DNA from: Bacteroidales bacterium
GTDB lineage: Bacteria > Bacteroidota > Bacteroidia > Bacteroidales > JBGRPZ01
Reading direction: 5' to 3'
DNA: 64,000 bases
Assembly: GCA_041725955.1 (NCBI GenBank)
Contig: JBGRQE010000006.1
Location: 37,593 to 101,592, forward strand
Positions 38,362-46,840 of the stretch are shown here, one piece after another. Below the pieces are notes generated by a model. It was given only the letters and a program-made list of their open reading frames with translations. It searched no databases and was not told where the DNA came from. Positions within the stretch are counted from its first letter, which is position 1, and each line of letters opens with the position of its first letter. A program made the translations under genes and the position numbers.

Positions 38362-39333
38362 TTAGGCAGATAAATTACCTTTTTGATATTCACTAGGTAA
38401 AAAACCAAATGTTTGTTTAAAAGCTTTGGAAAAGTGACTTAAGTTAGAGTATCCAATAAGGTATCCGGTTTCACTTACCGTTTTTCCTTCGCTAAGGAAA
38501 GACATGGCTTTATCCATTTTTAACTTCTTTACGAATTGCCCAATGCTGCTTCCATAGAGTTCGTTTAGGAGTATTTTTAAGCGGTAATGTGATAAACCTG
38601 TTTTCGCTAAAATATATGGGATTGTAAATTCTTTTGCAGGATTATGAAGAATTTCTTTTTGGAGTTCATAAAGTAATGCAGCTTCATAATCGCTAAGATG
38701 AATTTCGGGGCATTGTTCTAATGAGTCAAAAAACAAAGTAGCAAGTTCAAGGGCTTTTGCATAAGCAAATTGTTTTCTGTAATGATTCTCGTCAAATGAT
38801 AGCATAATGTTGGTTAAAACATTAATAAGCTCGCGTGAAGGAGGTTGATAAATAAAAAAACGATCTAAATTCATTAAAGACTGAAGGGTTTTACTTTTAT
38901 TTGGTGAAAGTTCAAAAAACCTCTTTAAGAATGTTCTGCTTAATATAATATTAAATTGAAAAAAGTTTTCTTTGGCAGGTATCTTAATTGTCGATTTATA
39001 ATTCGAAGTGCCAAAGTAGCCCCCATACTTTAATTTGCTAAAGCCTTCTTCTCCTTCTTCAATAGATAGTTTTACATCTTTGGGAATATAAAAATCTAAG
39101 GTAAGTAAGTCTTCATTGTCAGTACCTGTACGAACAAGGTTTGATTCATAGTTCATAAATGAACTAAGGAAGGAAACACTAAAGTTATCTTCATAATTAT
39201 ACACTTCTATATGTAGCTTTCCTAGTGTCTCTGGCATTTCAAAATAATGTCCATGCCAGGGAACATTAATCATTTTTGCAAAGCCCGAGGCACAACTTAT
39301 GTAGTCATTTACTATGTAACGATAGACAATCAT
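38362..39333 (-). CDS. AraC-family transcriptional regulator (paralog B)
   Basis: It has the same architecture as 37207..38160 and shares MIVYRY, GKLHIEVY, LVRxGTDNxDLLxLDFY and FKQTFGF. Confidence 0.8.
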   Translation of the reverse strand: MIVYRYIVNDYISCASGFAKMINVPWHGHYFEMPETLGKLHIEVYNYEDNFSVSFLSSFMNYESNLVRTGTDNEDLLTLDFYIPKDVKLSIEEGEEGFSKLKYGGYFGTSNYKSTIKIPAKENFFQFNIILSRTFLKRFFELSPNKSKTLQSLMNLDRFFIYQPPSRELINVLTNIMLSFDENHYRKQFAYAKALELATLFFDSLEQCPEIHLSDYEAALLYELQKEILHNPAKEFTIPYILAKTGLSHYRLKILLNELYGSSIGQFVKKLKMDKAMSFLSEGKTVSETGYLIGYSNLSHFSKAFKQTFGFLPSEYQKGNLSA

Positions 39334-39574
39334 TTTATGAAGATGGTTTTTTTAACAATACTTGAGTCTTGGTTTAACAGCCGATTGTTGCTGAGTTTAT
39401 TGGGAGGTTTCAGCAATAGTAAAATGCAATTCTTTGTTGTTTTATTGTAGAAGAGCTGCTATAAATTAATAAGATTGCCTTTTGTGAAATTAAAGGGTTA
39501 ATATTCAGTTAAAAAAGAGAAAAGACTGTTACTATTAAACAAGAATTTTATTAATTTTAGTAAAATTCTAATTT

Positions 39575-40381
39575 ATGAATAAGAAAGGATATCTTCTAGT
39601 ACTAATATTGCTAATAATCTTACCTTTTACAATCATTTCTCAGAAAGACAGAAATGATGATGTATATGACTATGCCTGGACTATTGGAGAAGAGCTTACT
39701 TATAGGGTTTATTACCAATCTTTAATTACAGGACAAGTAACTGCAGGAGAAGCAGTGCTTAGTGTAACTGAAAAAAACAAACTTTTTGAAGGACGCTCTA
39801 CTTATAATATTGTTGGTACAGGAAAATCAAAAGGTGCATTTAATTTCTTTTATAAAGTAAGAGATCGTTTTGAGTCGTATGTTGACAGAGAAACTTTGGT
39901 GCCATATCTTTTTATTCGACGTACACGTGAGGGGAGCTATAGGAAAGATGATGATGTATACTTCAATCAAAAAAAGAATACTGCAAAAAGTAGAGATACT
40001 TTGATGAAGGTTCCTGAAAATATTCACGATTTTGTTTCTGCACTTTATTATGCCAGAACTGTTGATTTAGACTCTGTAATAAAAAATCAGGGATTTAAAA
40101 TTGATTTCTTTCTTGACGATAGCACTTATTATTCATGGGTTAAATATGAGGGGCGAGAAACAATCCGAACAAAACTGGGTACTTTTAAGTGTCTTAAACT
40201 TGCTCCAATGGCTGCTACAGGTAAGGTGTTTTCTGAAAAATATCCTATGCATATCTGGGTGACGGATGATGAAAATAGAGTTCCTGTTCTTGCCGCATCA
40301 GCAGTAATAGTGGGCAGTGTTAGAATGGAACTTAAAGATTATAAAGGCTTAAAATATCCTATGAGTGCGAAACTAGAATGA
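39575..40381 (+). CDS. Hypothetical secreted protein (DUF3108-like by recall)
   Basis: It has a signal peptide, is 268 aa and appears beta-rich. The family assignment is from memory only. Confidence 0.45.
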   Translation: MNKKGYLLVLILLIILPFTIISQKDRNDDVYDYAWTIGEELTYRVYYQSLITGQVTAGEAVLSVTEKNKLFEGRSTYNIVGTGKSKGAFNFFYKVRDRFESYVDRETLVPYLFIRRTREGSYRKDDDVYFNQKKNTAKSRDTLMKVPENIHDFVSALYYARTVDLDSVIKNQGFKIDFFLDDSTYYSWVKYEGRETIRTKLGTFKCLKLAPMAATGKVFSEKYPMHIWVTDDENRVPVLAASAVIVGSVRMELKDYKGLKYPMSAKLE

Positions 40382-40474
40382 CCAATATTGTGTTTTGGGC
40401 TTTTTCCTGAATATAGAGAATGTATGTAAGGTGATTTTTTTACTCTTTAAGATTACTATTATCAGAGGATATGA

Positions 40475-40508
40475 AAAATGCTGTAAGAACTTTATCCTAC
40501 AGCATTTT
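40475..40508. terminator. Bidirectional hairpin between the DUF3108-like gene and the first peptide gene
   Basis: An 11-bp stem, AAAATGCTGTA / TACAGCATTTT, with a 12-nt loop. T-rich sequence follows on both strands. Confidence 0.6.
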
Positions 40509-40554
40509 ATAATCTTTTAAAATCCTTTTTGGGACTAAACAAAATAACTTTACG

Positions 40555-40731
40555 TTATTTGGAACAACCAGGAATCAATGTAGCTAAACATGTAATCCCT
40601 ACTCCAAGTAGACTAATTTCTATCCAACAAGGATGTCCGCTACGTTCATTACCATTCATATTGTTAAACTTTAAAGAAGATATATTTTCTTTTCTTAAGC
40701 AAAGTTTGTTTTTTAGGTCTTTAGTTTTCAT
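40555..40731 (-). CDS. Unannotated 58-aa peptide: leader-like N-terminus plus hydrophobic Cys-containing C-terminal half (copy 1)
   Basis: Hand translation gives MKTKDLKNKLCLRKENISSLKFNNMNGNERSGHPCWIEISLLGVGITCLATLIPGCSK. It is exactly 59 codons from ATG to TAA, and copy 2 is a paralog. Thirteen synonymous differences fall at conserved residues, which argues that this frame is under selection. Confidence 0.7.
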   Translation of the reverse strand: MKTKDLKNKLCLRKENISSLKFNNMNGNERSGHPCWIEISLLGVGITCLATLIPGCSK

Positions 40732-40839
40732 AGTTTTAGTTTTTTAAACGAGTTTGTTTTTTTAGGTCCGAAAAGTTTTTACTATTCTCAATTACAATTA
40801 TTATAACTAATTGATTACATATCAAATTATCGCATAATG

Positions 40840-41016
40840 TTATTCGGTGCAATGAGGTAATAATGAGGCTAAACATGTAACTCCTACTCCAAGGAGACTC
40901 ATTTCTACCCAACAATCTTCACCAGTACGTCCTATACAATTCTTATTATTTCTATTAAGAGAAGATACATTCTCTTTTCTTAGACAAAGCTTGTCTGAGA
41001 GGTTTTTAGTTTTCAT
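40840..41016 (-). CDS. Unannotated 58-aa peptide, paralog of 40555..40731 (copy 2)
   Basis: Hand translation gives MKTKNLSDKLCLRKENVSSLNRNNKNCIGRTGEDCWVEMSLLGVGVTCLASLLPHCTE. It is 37/58 identical to copy 1. The roughly 45-nt 5' leader region is also conserved (CGRACCTAAAAAA..AAACTCGTTTAAAAAACTAAAACTATG). Confidence 0.7.
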   Translation of the reverse strand: MKTKNLSDKLCLRKENVSSLNRNNKNCIGRTGEDCWVEMSLLGVGVTCLASLLPHCTE

Positions 41017-41418
41017 AGTTTTAGTTTTTTAAACGAGTTTAGTTTTTTAGGTTCGGAAGGCTATTGTTATTTTTAAGCATAAGTATTTCGACTAAATGCA
41101 TTAAAGCATATTCCTTACCAATAAAGGAAAATGGCGCAATGCATTAAGTGTAATAATATCTTTAAATTACTACCAGCCTAGTGTAATTCTAAGTTTATTA
41201 TTCTTTCCTTTTACGTTAAAGATTAGATAATTAATAACGTATTTCTAGTTAGGTTTTATTGTGTACGTATTTTATCCTGCACTGTTGTACAGGATTAACT
41301 TATTTAACCCTACGGGCATTTTTATACTATAGGTTTTATGTGAGTTATTCATTTTGCAGTGGTATAATGCATTAGCTTTTGCTAAAATTCAATCGGAGCT
41401 TATCGTATTTTATAGTAC

Positions 41419-41447
41419 AAAAAAAAGCTGCCTTTTTTTGACAGCTC
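41419..41447 (-). terminator. Rho-independent terminator after the lipoprotein operon
   Basis: The minus strand reads GAGCTGTC aaaaaaa GGCAGCTT, followed by T6, starting 15 nt after the stop at 41462. Confidence 0.65.
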
Positions 41448-41461
41448 ATTATCTTTTTTAA

Positions 41462-41989
41462 TCAAATTCCACAAAAGATTCCATCTTTGTTAAACTTAAC
41501 ACTCCCTTCTTTTTCAAGCTTTTCTTTGTAGTTTATATACTTATCTAATAAGTCTGATTTGAAGCAAGATTCTAGAGAGTCCTTACTGAAAACTTTTACA
41601 TTCTTTACAATTCCATTTTTTAATTCAAAAAAGTTAACAGCTCCAAAATCATAGTCATAGCTTTCGAATACCCCATTTTTGTCTAAAATTGTTTGAATAT
41701 GTTGCTTAAGGTTTGATGGAATATTTAATGGTTTCCCATGAATCAAGCATAGCTTTTTGTCTTCTTGTATATAATGGTCTAAAGCGTTTGTAAACGACTG
41801 GACACAACCCAAGCAAGTCAATGTCGGAATAACAATTAATAGTTTTTGAGGTTCTTTAATTTGCTCTTCTCCAATTTCTTCAAGATAAAGTTTTACCAGC
41901 TTGGTTTCATAAGAGTATGGATTTTCTTCTTTGCATGAAATACAAAAGGCAAAAGCCATTATTATGCTGTAAATTATCTTTCTATTCAT
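41462..41989 (-). CDS. Predicted lipoprotein with a CxxC motif (thioredoxin-fold-like)
   Basis: It has a lipobox (AFAFCISC). The CxxC motif sits in a beta-strand-then-helix context (LLIVIPTLTCLGCVQSF) like that of redoxins. It is 175 aa and overlaps the upstream gene by 8 nt. Confidence 0.55.
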   Translation of the reverse strand: MNRKIIYSIIMAFAFCISCKEENPYSYETKLVKLYLEEIGEEQIKEPQKLLIVIPTLTCLGCVQSFTNALDHYIQEDKKLCLIHGKPLNIPSNLKQHIQTILDKNGVFESYDYDFGAVNFFELKNGIVKNVKVFSKDSLESCFKSDLLDKYINYKEKLEKEGSVKFNKDGIFCGI

Positions 41990-43163
41990 TATTGTTTATT
42001 GAATATAAGGTAAAAAGAAATGAGCTATTTTCTATACGTTCTCCAATCCAAATTCCTTTCTTTTCAGGAAGGACATAATGGTATCTCGCTTTTACAAAGG
42101 GATCATATTTATTTTCAAAAATTAAATTAAAATTATTATCATAAACTAGAAAATACTGATTTTTAGAATATTCATCTTTTAATGTTTTAGAGTTTTTTGT
42201 GACTTTGGTTTCTCCTCTAAATGTCCGAAAATATATATTACGATGTTTATCATAGATAAATGATTCATATTTTCTTTCTTTTTTTAAATATGGTATCATG
42301 GTAAATATTTCAGAAGTATTAAATTCATCTGATATTCCAATGAAATCTTTTTTCGGATTTTGAATTCCACAGTAATGCTGAGTTTTAAGCTTTCCTTCTT
42401 TATATATAAAAATGCTATCGTTCTTTTCAAAGCTTACACAAAGTTCATTATCATTATTTATACAAAGTTCAAAAGTTGTTTTGTAAAATCTTTTTTGTTT
42501 GTATATTTCAGGATAATAGATGTTTAACATTTCTATGGGGCATACCTTATCACAATTGACTTTAATGCCAAAACCATTTTGAAAATATTTTTCTCTTATT
42601 TTTTTGGAATTGAAAGTACTTATCATATTAGTATGGAAGAAAGAATACCCATTTTTTTCTGTAACAGGTTGTTCAGAAAATTTAATCCAATGCATTGGTT
42701 CAATATTGGAAAGGGTGTTTAAACTTTTTTGTAGTTTGCCATTGTCTGAGTAAAATTGTAGAATCCTCGGGTTATCTTTGTAGAAAGGCTGTAAATTAAT
42801 GACATACCCTTTGTTTTCTAACCAAGAAAAGTATGCTCGATATTCTTGAATATTTAATGAATCTGGGAAAATTGTAGGATAGGATATTTCTGTTGTATTT
42901 TTACTTATTAAGTCAATTTTTTTAATGTACACAATTTTTTTTTCCTCATCGAATGCCGCAAAGCGAAGGGTGTCATTGTGAATGACAGATTTTAAAAATG
43001 ATGTGTATCTCGATTTAAGTTCAGTAAAATTTTTAAAATCTAGATTGATTTTGAATGATTCAATTGGATCAAAAAAATCTGAATAACGATTTCTCTTTTT
43101 AGAACAAGAATTTAATATTACTAACGATAACAATATTATTAAATAATATTTTTTATTCATCAT
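41982..43163 (-). CDS. Hypothetical AT-rich lipoprotein of about 393 aa (possibly a DUF4221 / 6-bladed beta-propeller-type Bacteroidota lipoprotein)
   Basis: It has a lipobox (LVILNSC) and a composition rich in F, Y, N and K. I prefer the ATG at 43163 or 43160 over the track's TTG at 43205. The family guess is from memory only. Confidence 0.55.
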   Translation of the reverse strand: MMNKKYYLIILLSLVILNSCSKKRNRYSDFFDPIESFKINLDFKNFTELKSRYTSFLKSVIHNDTLRFAAFDEEKKIVYIKKIDLISKNTTEISYPTIFPDSLNIQEYRAYFSWLENKGYVINLQPFYKDNPRILQFYSDNGKLQKSLNTLSNIEPMHWIKFSEQPVTEKNGYSFFHTNMISTFNSKKIREKYFQNGFGIKVNCDKVCPIEMLNIYYPEIYKQKRFYKTTFELCINNDNELCVSFEKNDSIFIYKEGKLKTQHYCGIQNPKKDFIGISDEFNTSEIFTMIPYLKKERKYESFIYDKHRNIYFRTFRGETKVTKNSKTLKDEYSKNQYFLVYDNNFNLIFENKYDPFVKARYHYVLPEKKGIWIGERIENSSFLFTLYSINNNE

Positions 43164-43242
43164 CAATTTTTTTAGTTGATGTATTATTGCATGAGAATGC
43201 AACAAACATTGCGAAAAACGAAAATAAGAATAGCTTTTTCAT
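43153..43242 (-). CDS. Possible 29-codon mini-ORF encoding only a lipoprotein signal peptide (or a remnant of one)
   Basis: Hand translation gives MKKLFLFSFFAMFVAFSCNNTSTKKIDDE, followed by a stop. It is out of frame with the start of the next gene and overlaps it. Confidence 0.25.
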   Translation of the reverse strand: MKKLFLFSFFAMFVAFSCNNTSTKKIDDE

Positions 43243-43572
43243 ACGAATTAAAATTTTGAATCTCTAATGTTGTTTGTTTTAAAGACTTTTGGTTATTTAT
43301 TATTTAGCATTACTGTAAATGCAACTTAATCTACTTTTTACTGTAGTTTTTACTTTTCTGCATATTACAATTAAGAATTTTAAAACTTTTTTGTCTTATT
43401 TCTTTGGCAAAAAAAATATAGGTTTGGTTTATGGTTATAATGTTGACCCTATTAATTAGTTGTAATTATAATAAAAAAAAACAATACGATAGTAAGATAT
43501 TGAAAAAAATTAACAGCATAGTTGTTTTGGTAATCCGCACAAGTATATAATAGAGAGGAAAGATAAGTAAAA

Positions 43573-43663
43573 CCTACAACATACCCCTGTCCTACACTGC
43601 AACATACCCTTGTCCCACGCTACGCATACCCCTGTCGTACACTACGACACACCCCCTGTCGTA
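43573..43663. repeat. Four tandem copies of a 22-24-bp unit (core ATACCCCTGTC)
   Basis: The core motif occurs at 43581, 43604 and 43626, with a variant at 43648. The array lies just beyond the leuS terminator hairpin. Confidence 0.85.
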
Positions 43664-43665
43664 AT

Positions 43666-43700
43666 AAATAAAAAAGGACTGCGAATAGATCACAGTCCTT
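43666..43700 (-). terminator. Rho-independent terminator of leuS
   Basis: The stem AAGGACTG / CAGTCCTT has an 11-nt loop, and TTTTTTATTTATT follows on the minus strand. It lies about 134 nt after the leuS stop. Confidence 0.6.
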
Positions 43701-43833
43701 TGTTACTTGTTTTGCAGGATTTGATTTTAGCTGACAGTAAATTCGTTTTCACAAACTCCTATACGAAGCTTTCTGCCATTTCGAGGAGTCAGTTATTAGC
43801 TCCTCTTCAATATTTTAGGATTATTCAGAAAAC

Positions 43834-46602
43834 TTAAATCACAACATTGATAATTCGTTTCGGAACAATAATTATTTTCTTTGGAGTTTTACCATCCAGA
43901 TATTTCTGAGCTCCTTCGGCAGACAGAACCGCTTTTTCCATTTCATCCTTAGCCATATCTAAAGGAAATTCAATTTTGAAACGCATCTTTCCGTTGAAGG
44001 AAACAGGATATTCAAATGAATTTTCTTTGGTATAGTCTTCAATATATTCAGGGAAAGAAGCTTCTACAATACTATCTTTATGTCCGAGAGCATTCCATAG
44101 TTCTTCACATAAGTGAGGAGCAAAGGCACTTAACATTACGGTAATTGGCTCAAGAATTTCTCTTTTGTTACACTTAAGGTCTGATAGTTCGTTTACACAA
44201 ATCATAAATCCACTAACAGCAGTGTTGAAAGAAAATCTTTCGTTATCGTCTTGAATCTTCTTGATGGTTTTATGAAGAACCTTTAGTTCATCTTTGCTTG
44301 CTGCTGCATCAGAAACTTCAAATTCGCCTTCTGCATTTTGGAATAATCTCCAGAACTTACGGATAAAGCGGAATACTCCTTCAATACCTTTGGTGTCCCA
44401 AGGCTTACTTTGCTCTAGCGGACCTAAGAACATTTCGTAAAGACGAAGGGTGTCGGCTCCATATTTTTCGATCAAATCGTCTGGATTTTGAACGTTGTAA
44501 TAGGATTTCGACATCTTCTCTACTTCCCAACCACAAAAGTACTTGCCATCTTCAAGAATAAATTCAGCATCCTTAAAATCGGGTCTCCATTGCCTAAAAC
44601 CTTCCTGATCTAGAATATCGTTATTAACCAATGCAATATCTACTCTGATTTCCTGAACGTCGTAGTCTTTTCTAAGGTTGTAAGAAACAAACTGATTGCT
44701 GCCTTTTATGCGGTATACAAAGCTTGTGCGACCTTGAATCATTCCTTGGTTAATTAACTTCTTGAATGGTTCGTCTTCGCAACAAACTCCCAAATCAAAT
44801 AGGAATTTATTCCAGAAGCGAGAGTAAATTAAATGACCAGTTGCGTGTTCTGCTCCTCCTATATAAAGGTCAACATTTCTCCAGTATCCGTTTGCTTCCT
44901 TAGAGAAATATTCATTCTGATTGCGAGGGTCCATATAGCGCAAGTAGTATCCACTCGATCCGGCAAAACCAGGCATGGTATTGGTTTCTATACGATATCC
45001 GTCTTCAGTAACCCAATTATTTGCACGAGCCAAAGGAGGTTCGCCAGTTTCGGTAGGAAGATATTTATCTACTTCAGGAAGCTCAAGCGGAAGCTTGCTT
45101 TCGTCCATCATATATGGGATATCATCTTTATAATATACAGGGAATGGTTCTCCCCAATATCTTTGACGACTGAAAATAGCATCGCGCAAACGATAGTTGA
45201 TTTTTCCTGATCCGATATCCTCTTTTTCGATACGCTCGATAACTGCTTCCTGACCTTCTTTGACTTTCATGCCTGTGATAAAGTCGGAATTTACAAGCAC
45301 ACCGTCTTTGGCTTCAAAAGCCTCTTCAGAGATGTCGCCACCAGAAACTACTTCTACAATAGGAATGTCGAAATGTTTAGCAAAGGCATAGTCTCTTGAA
45401 TCGTGTGCAGGAACAGCCATGATAGCACCAGTACCATATCCGGCAAGCACATACTCGGCAATCCAGATTGGAACTTTTGCACCATTTAGGGGATTGATAC
45501 CGTAGGATCCGGTGAATACGCCACTAATCTTTTTTACTTCAGTTTGACGTTCTCTTTCAGAACGATTCTTTGCCCATGCAACATACTCTTCCACTTGCTT
45601 ACGGTTTTCGTCGGTGGTAAGTTCGTTTACAAGGTCGTGCTCAGGGCAGATAACCATAAAGGTTGCACCAAAGATGGTGTCGGGACGGGTAGTAAAGATC
45701 TCTATTTTCTGCTCTTCATTGTCTTCAATAGGGAACCACATAGAAGCCCCTTTAGACTTTCCAATCCAGTTTTTCTGAATTTCCTTTAATGAGTCGGTCC
45801 ACTCTAGCTTGTCTAATCCAGAAAGTAAACGCTCAGCATAGGCAGTGATTCTTAGCGACCACTGGCGCATGGTTTTTCTTTCAACAGGATGACCTCCACG
45901 AACAGACAAGCCTTCTTTTACCTCATCGTTTGCAAGAACAGTTCCTAACTCAGGACACCAGTTTACCATAGTGTCGGAAAGGAATGCCAAGCGGTAATGC
46001 ATTAGATATTCTTGTTGTTCCTTTTCGTTTAGTGCTTTCCATTCTTCGGCACTAATTTCTGGAGTCTTGTCGTCTTTAGCAGCATTGATATTTGCAGAAC
46101 CTTCTTTTGCCAAGGTTTCTATAAGGGTTTCTATAGATTCTGCTTTTTGGGTTTCATTATTAAACCAATGGTTGAATAGTTTTATAAAAGTCCACTGAGT
46201 CCATTTATAGTATTCAGGGTCGCATGTTCTAACTTCACGATCCCAGTCATAAGAGAAACCAATATTATCTAGCTGCTGTCTGTAGCGTGTAATATTTTTA
46301 TTTGTAGTAACTTCAGGGTGAGTACCTGTTTGAATAGCATATTGCTCGGCAGGTAATCCGTATGCATCGTAGCCCATTGGATGCAGAACATTAAATCCCT
46401 TTGTACGTTTAAATCTTGAATAAATATCAGAAGCAATATAACCTAGCGGATGACCAACATGAAGACCTGCACCGGAAGGATAAGGGAACATGTCTAATAC
46501 ATAAAACTTTGGCTTATCAGAGTCTACTTCAACCTTATAGGTTTTGTTCTTTTGCCAATACTCCTGCCATTTTTTCTCGATTTCTTTGAAATTATACTCC
46601 AT
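43834..46602 (-). CDS. leuS: Leucine--tRNA ligase
   Basis: It is 922 aa with the HIGH-type motif ([14 protein letters not shown]), KMSKS ([10 protein letters not shown]) and a CP1 editing domain. Confidence 0.95.
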   Translation of the reverse strand: MEYNFKEIEKKWQEYWQKNKTYKVEVDSDKPKFYVLDMFPYPSGAGLHVGHPLGYIASDIYSRFKRTKGFNVLHPMGYDAYGLPAEQYAIQTGTHPEVTTNKNITRYRQQLDNIGFSYDWDREVRTCDPEYYKWTQWTFIKLFNHWFNNETQKAESIETLIETLAKEGSANINAAKDDKTPEISAEEWKALNEKEQQEYLMHYRLAFLSDTMVNWCPELGTVLANDEVKEGLSVRGGHPVERKTMRQWSLRITAYAERLLSGLDKLEWTDSLKEIQKNWIGKSKGASMWFPIEDNEEQKIEIFTTRPDTIFGATFMVICPEHDLVNELTTDENRKQVEEYVAWAKNRSERERQTEVKKISGVFTGSYGINPLNGAKVPIWIAEYVLAGYGTGAIMAVPAHDSRDYAFAKHFDIPIVEVVSGGDISEEAFEAKDGVLVNSDFITGMKVKEGQEAVIERIEKEDIGSGKINYRLRDAIFSRQRYWGEPFPVYYKDDIPYMMDESKLPLELPEVDKYLPTETGEPPLARANNWVTEDGYRIETNTMPGFAGSSGYYLRYMDPRNQNEYFSKEANGYWRNVDLYIGGAEHATGHLIYSRFWNKFLFDLGVCCEDEPFKKLINQGMIQGRTSFVYRIKGSNQFVSYNLRKDYDVQEIRVDIALVNNDILDQEGFRQWRPDFKDAEFILEDGKYFCGWEVEKMSKSYYNVQNPDDLIEKYGADTLRLYEMFLGPLEQSKPWDTKGIEGVFRFIRKFWRLFQNAEGEFEVSDAAASKDELKVLHKTIKKIQDDNERFSFNTAVSGFMICVNELSDLKCNKREILEPITVMLSAFAPHLCEELWNALGHKDSIVEASFPEYIEDYTKENSFEYPVSFNGKMRFKIEFPLDMAKDEMEKAVLSAEGAQKYLDGKTPKKIIIVPKRIINVVI

Positions 46603-46840
46603 TAGTAAACCCTTTTATTTTTGTAAGAAATAATTCTTCTTTATGCCTATGCTTTAAATAAAATATCAAATGTATGATAATGATGTTAGGCTCTTCTTAT
46701 ATTTTGATATTCTGCTTATTTACAAAAAAGGAAATAAAATATCATATATATAAAATAGCTACGAAATAACAATATTGTAATGAGAAAAAAAAATTTGTTC
46801 TATTTTGCGAAGCTTTTGCAAGAATAAAAAATTGTCTTTT

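Noticed and set aside
40529-40747. Track ORF of 72 aa on the plus strand.
   Set aside because: It is antisense to the 58-codon minus-strand peptide gene. The minus-strand frame is supported by a paralog carrying 13 synonymous differences at conserved residues. The plus-strand product has no recognisable features.
41017-41418. Additional small peptide genes in the 400-nt gap upstream of peptide copy 2. Candidates were a 26-codon minus-strand ORF (MNNSHKTYSIKMPVGLNKLILYNSAG) and a 16-codon plus-strand ORF (MAQCIKCNNIFKLLPA).
   Set aside because: They have no similarity to the two 58-aa peptides, no conserved leader and no paralog support. Their lengths are consistent with chance.
43610-43837. 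Track ORF of 75 aa on the plus strand.
   Set aside because: It runs through the tandem repeat array and the leuS terminator hairpin and ends inside the leuS stop region. It has a non-ATG start and looks spurious.
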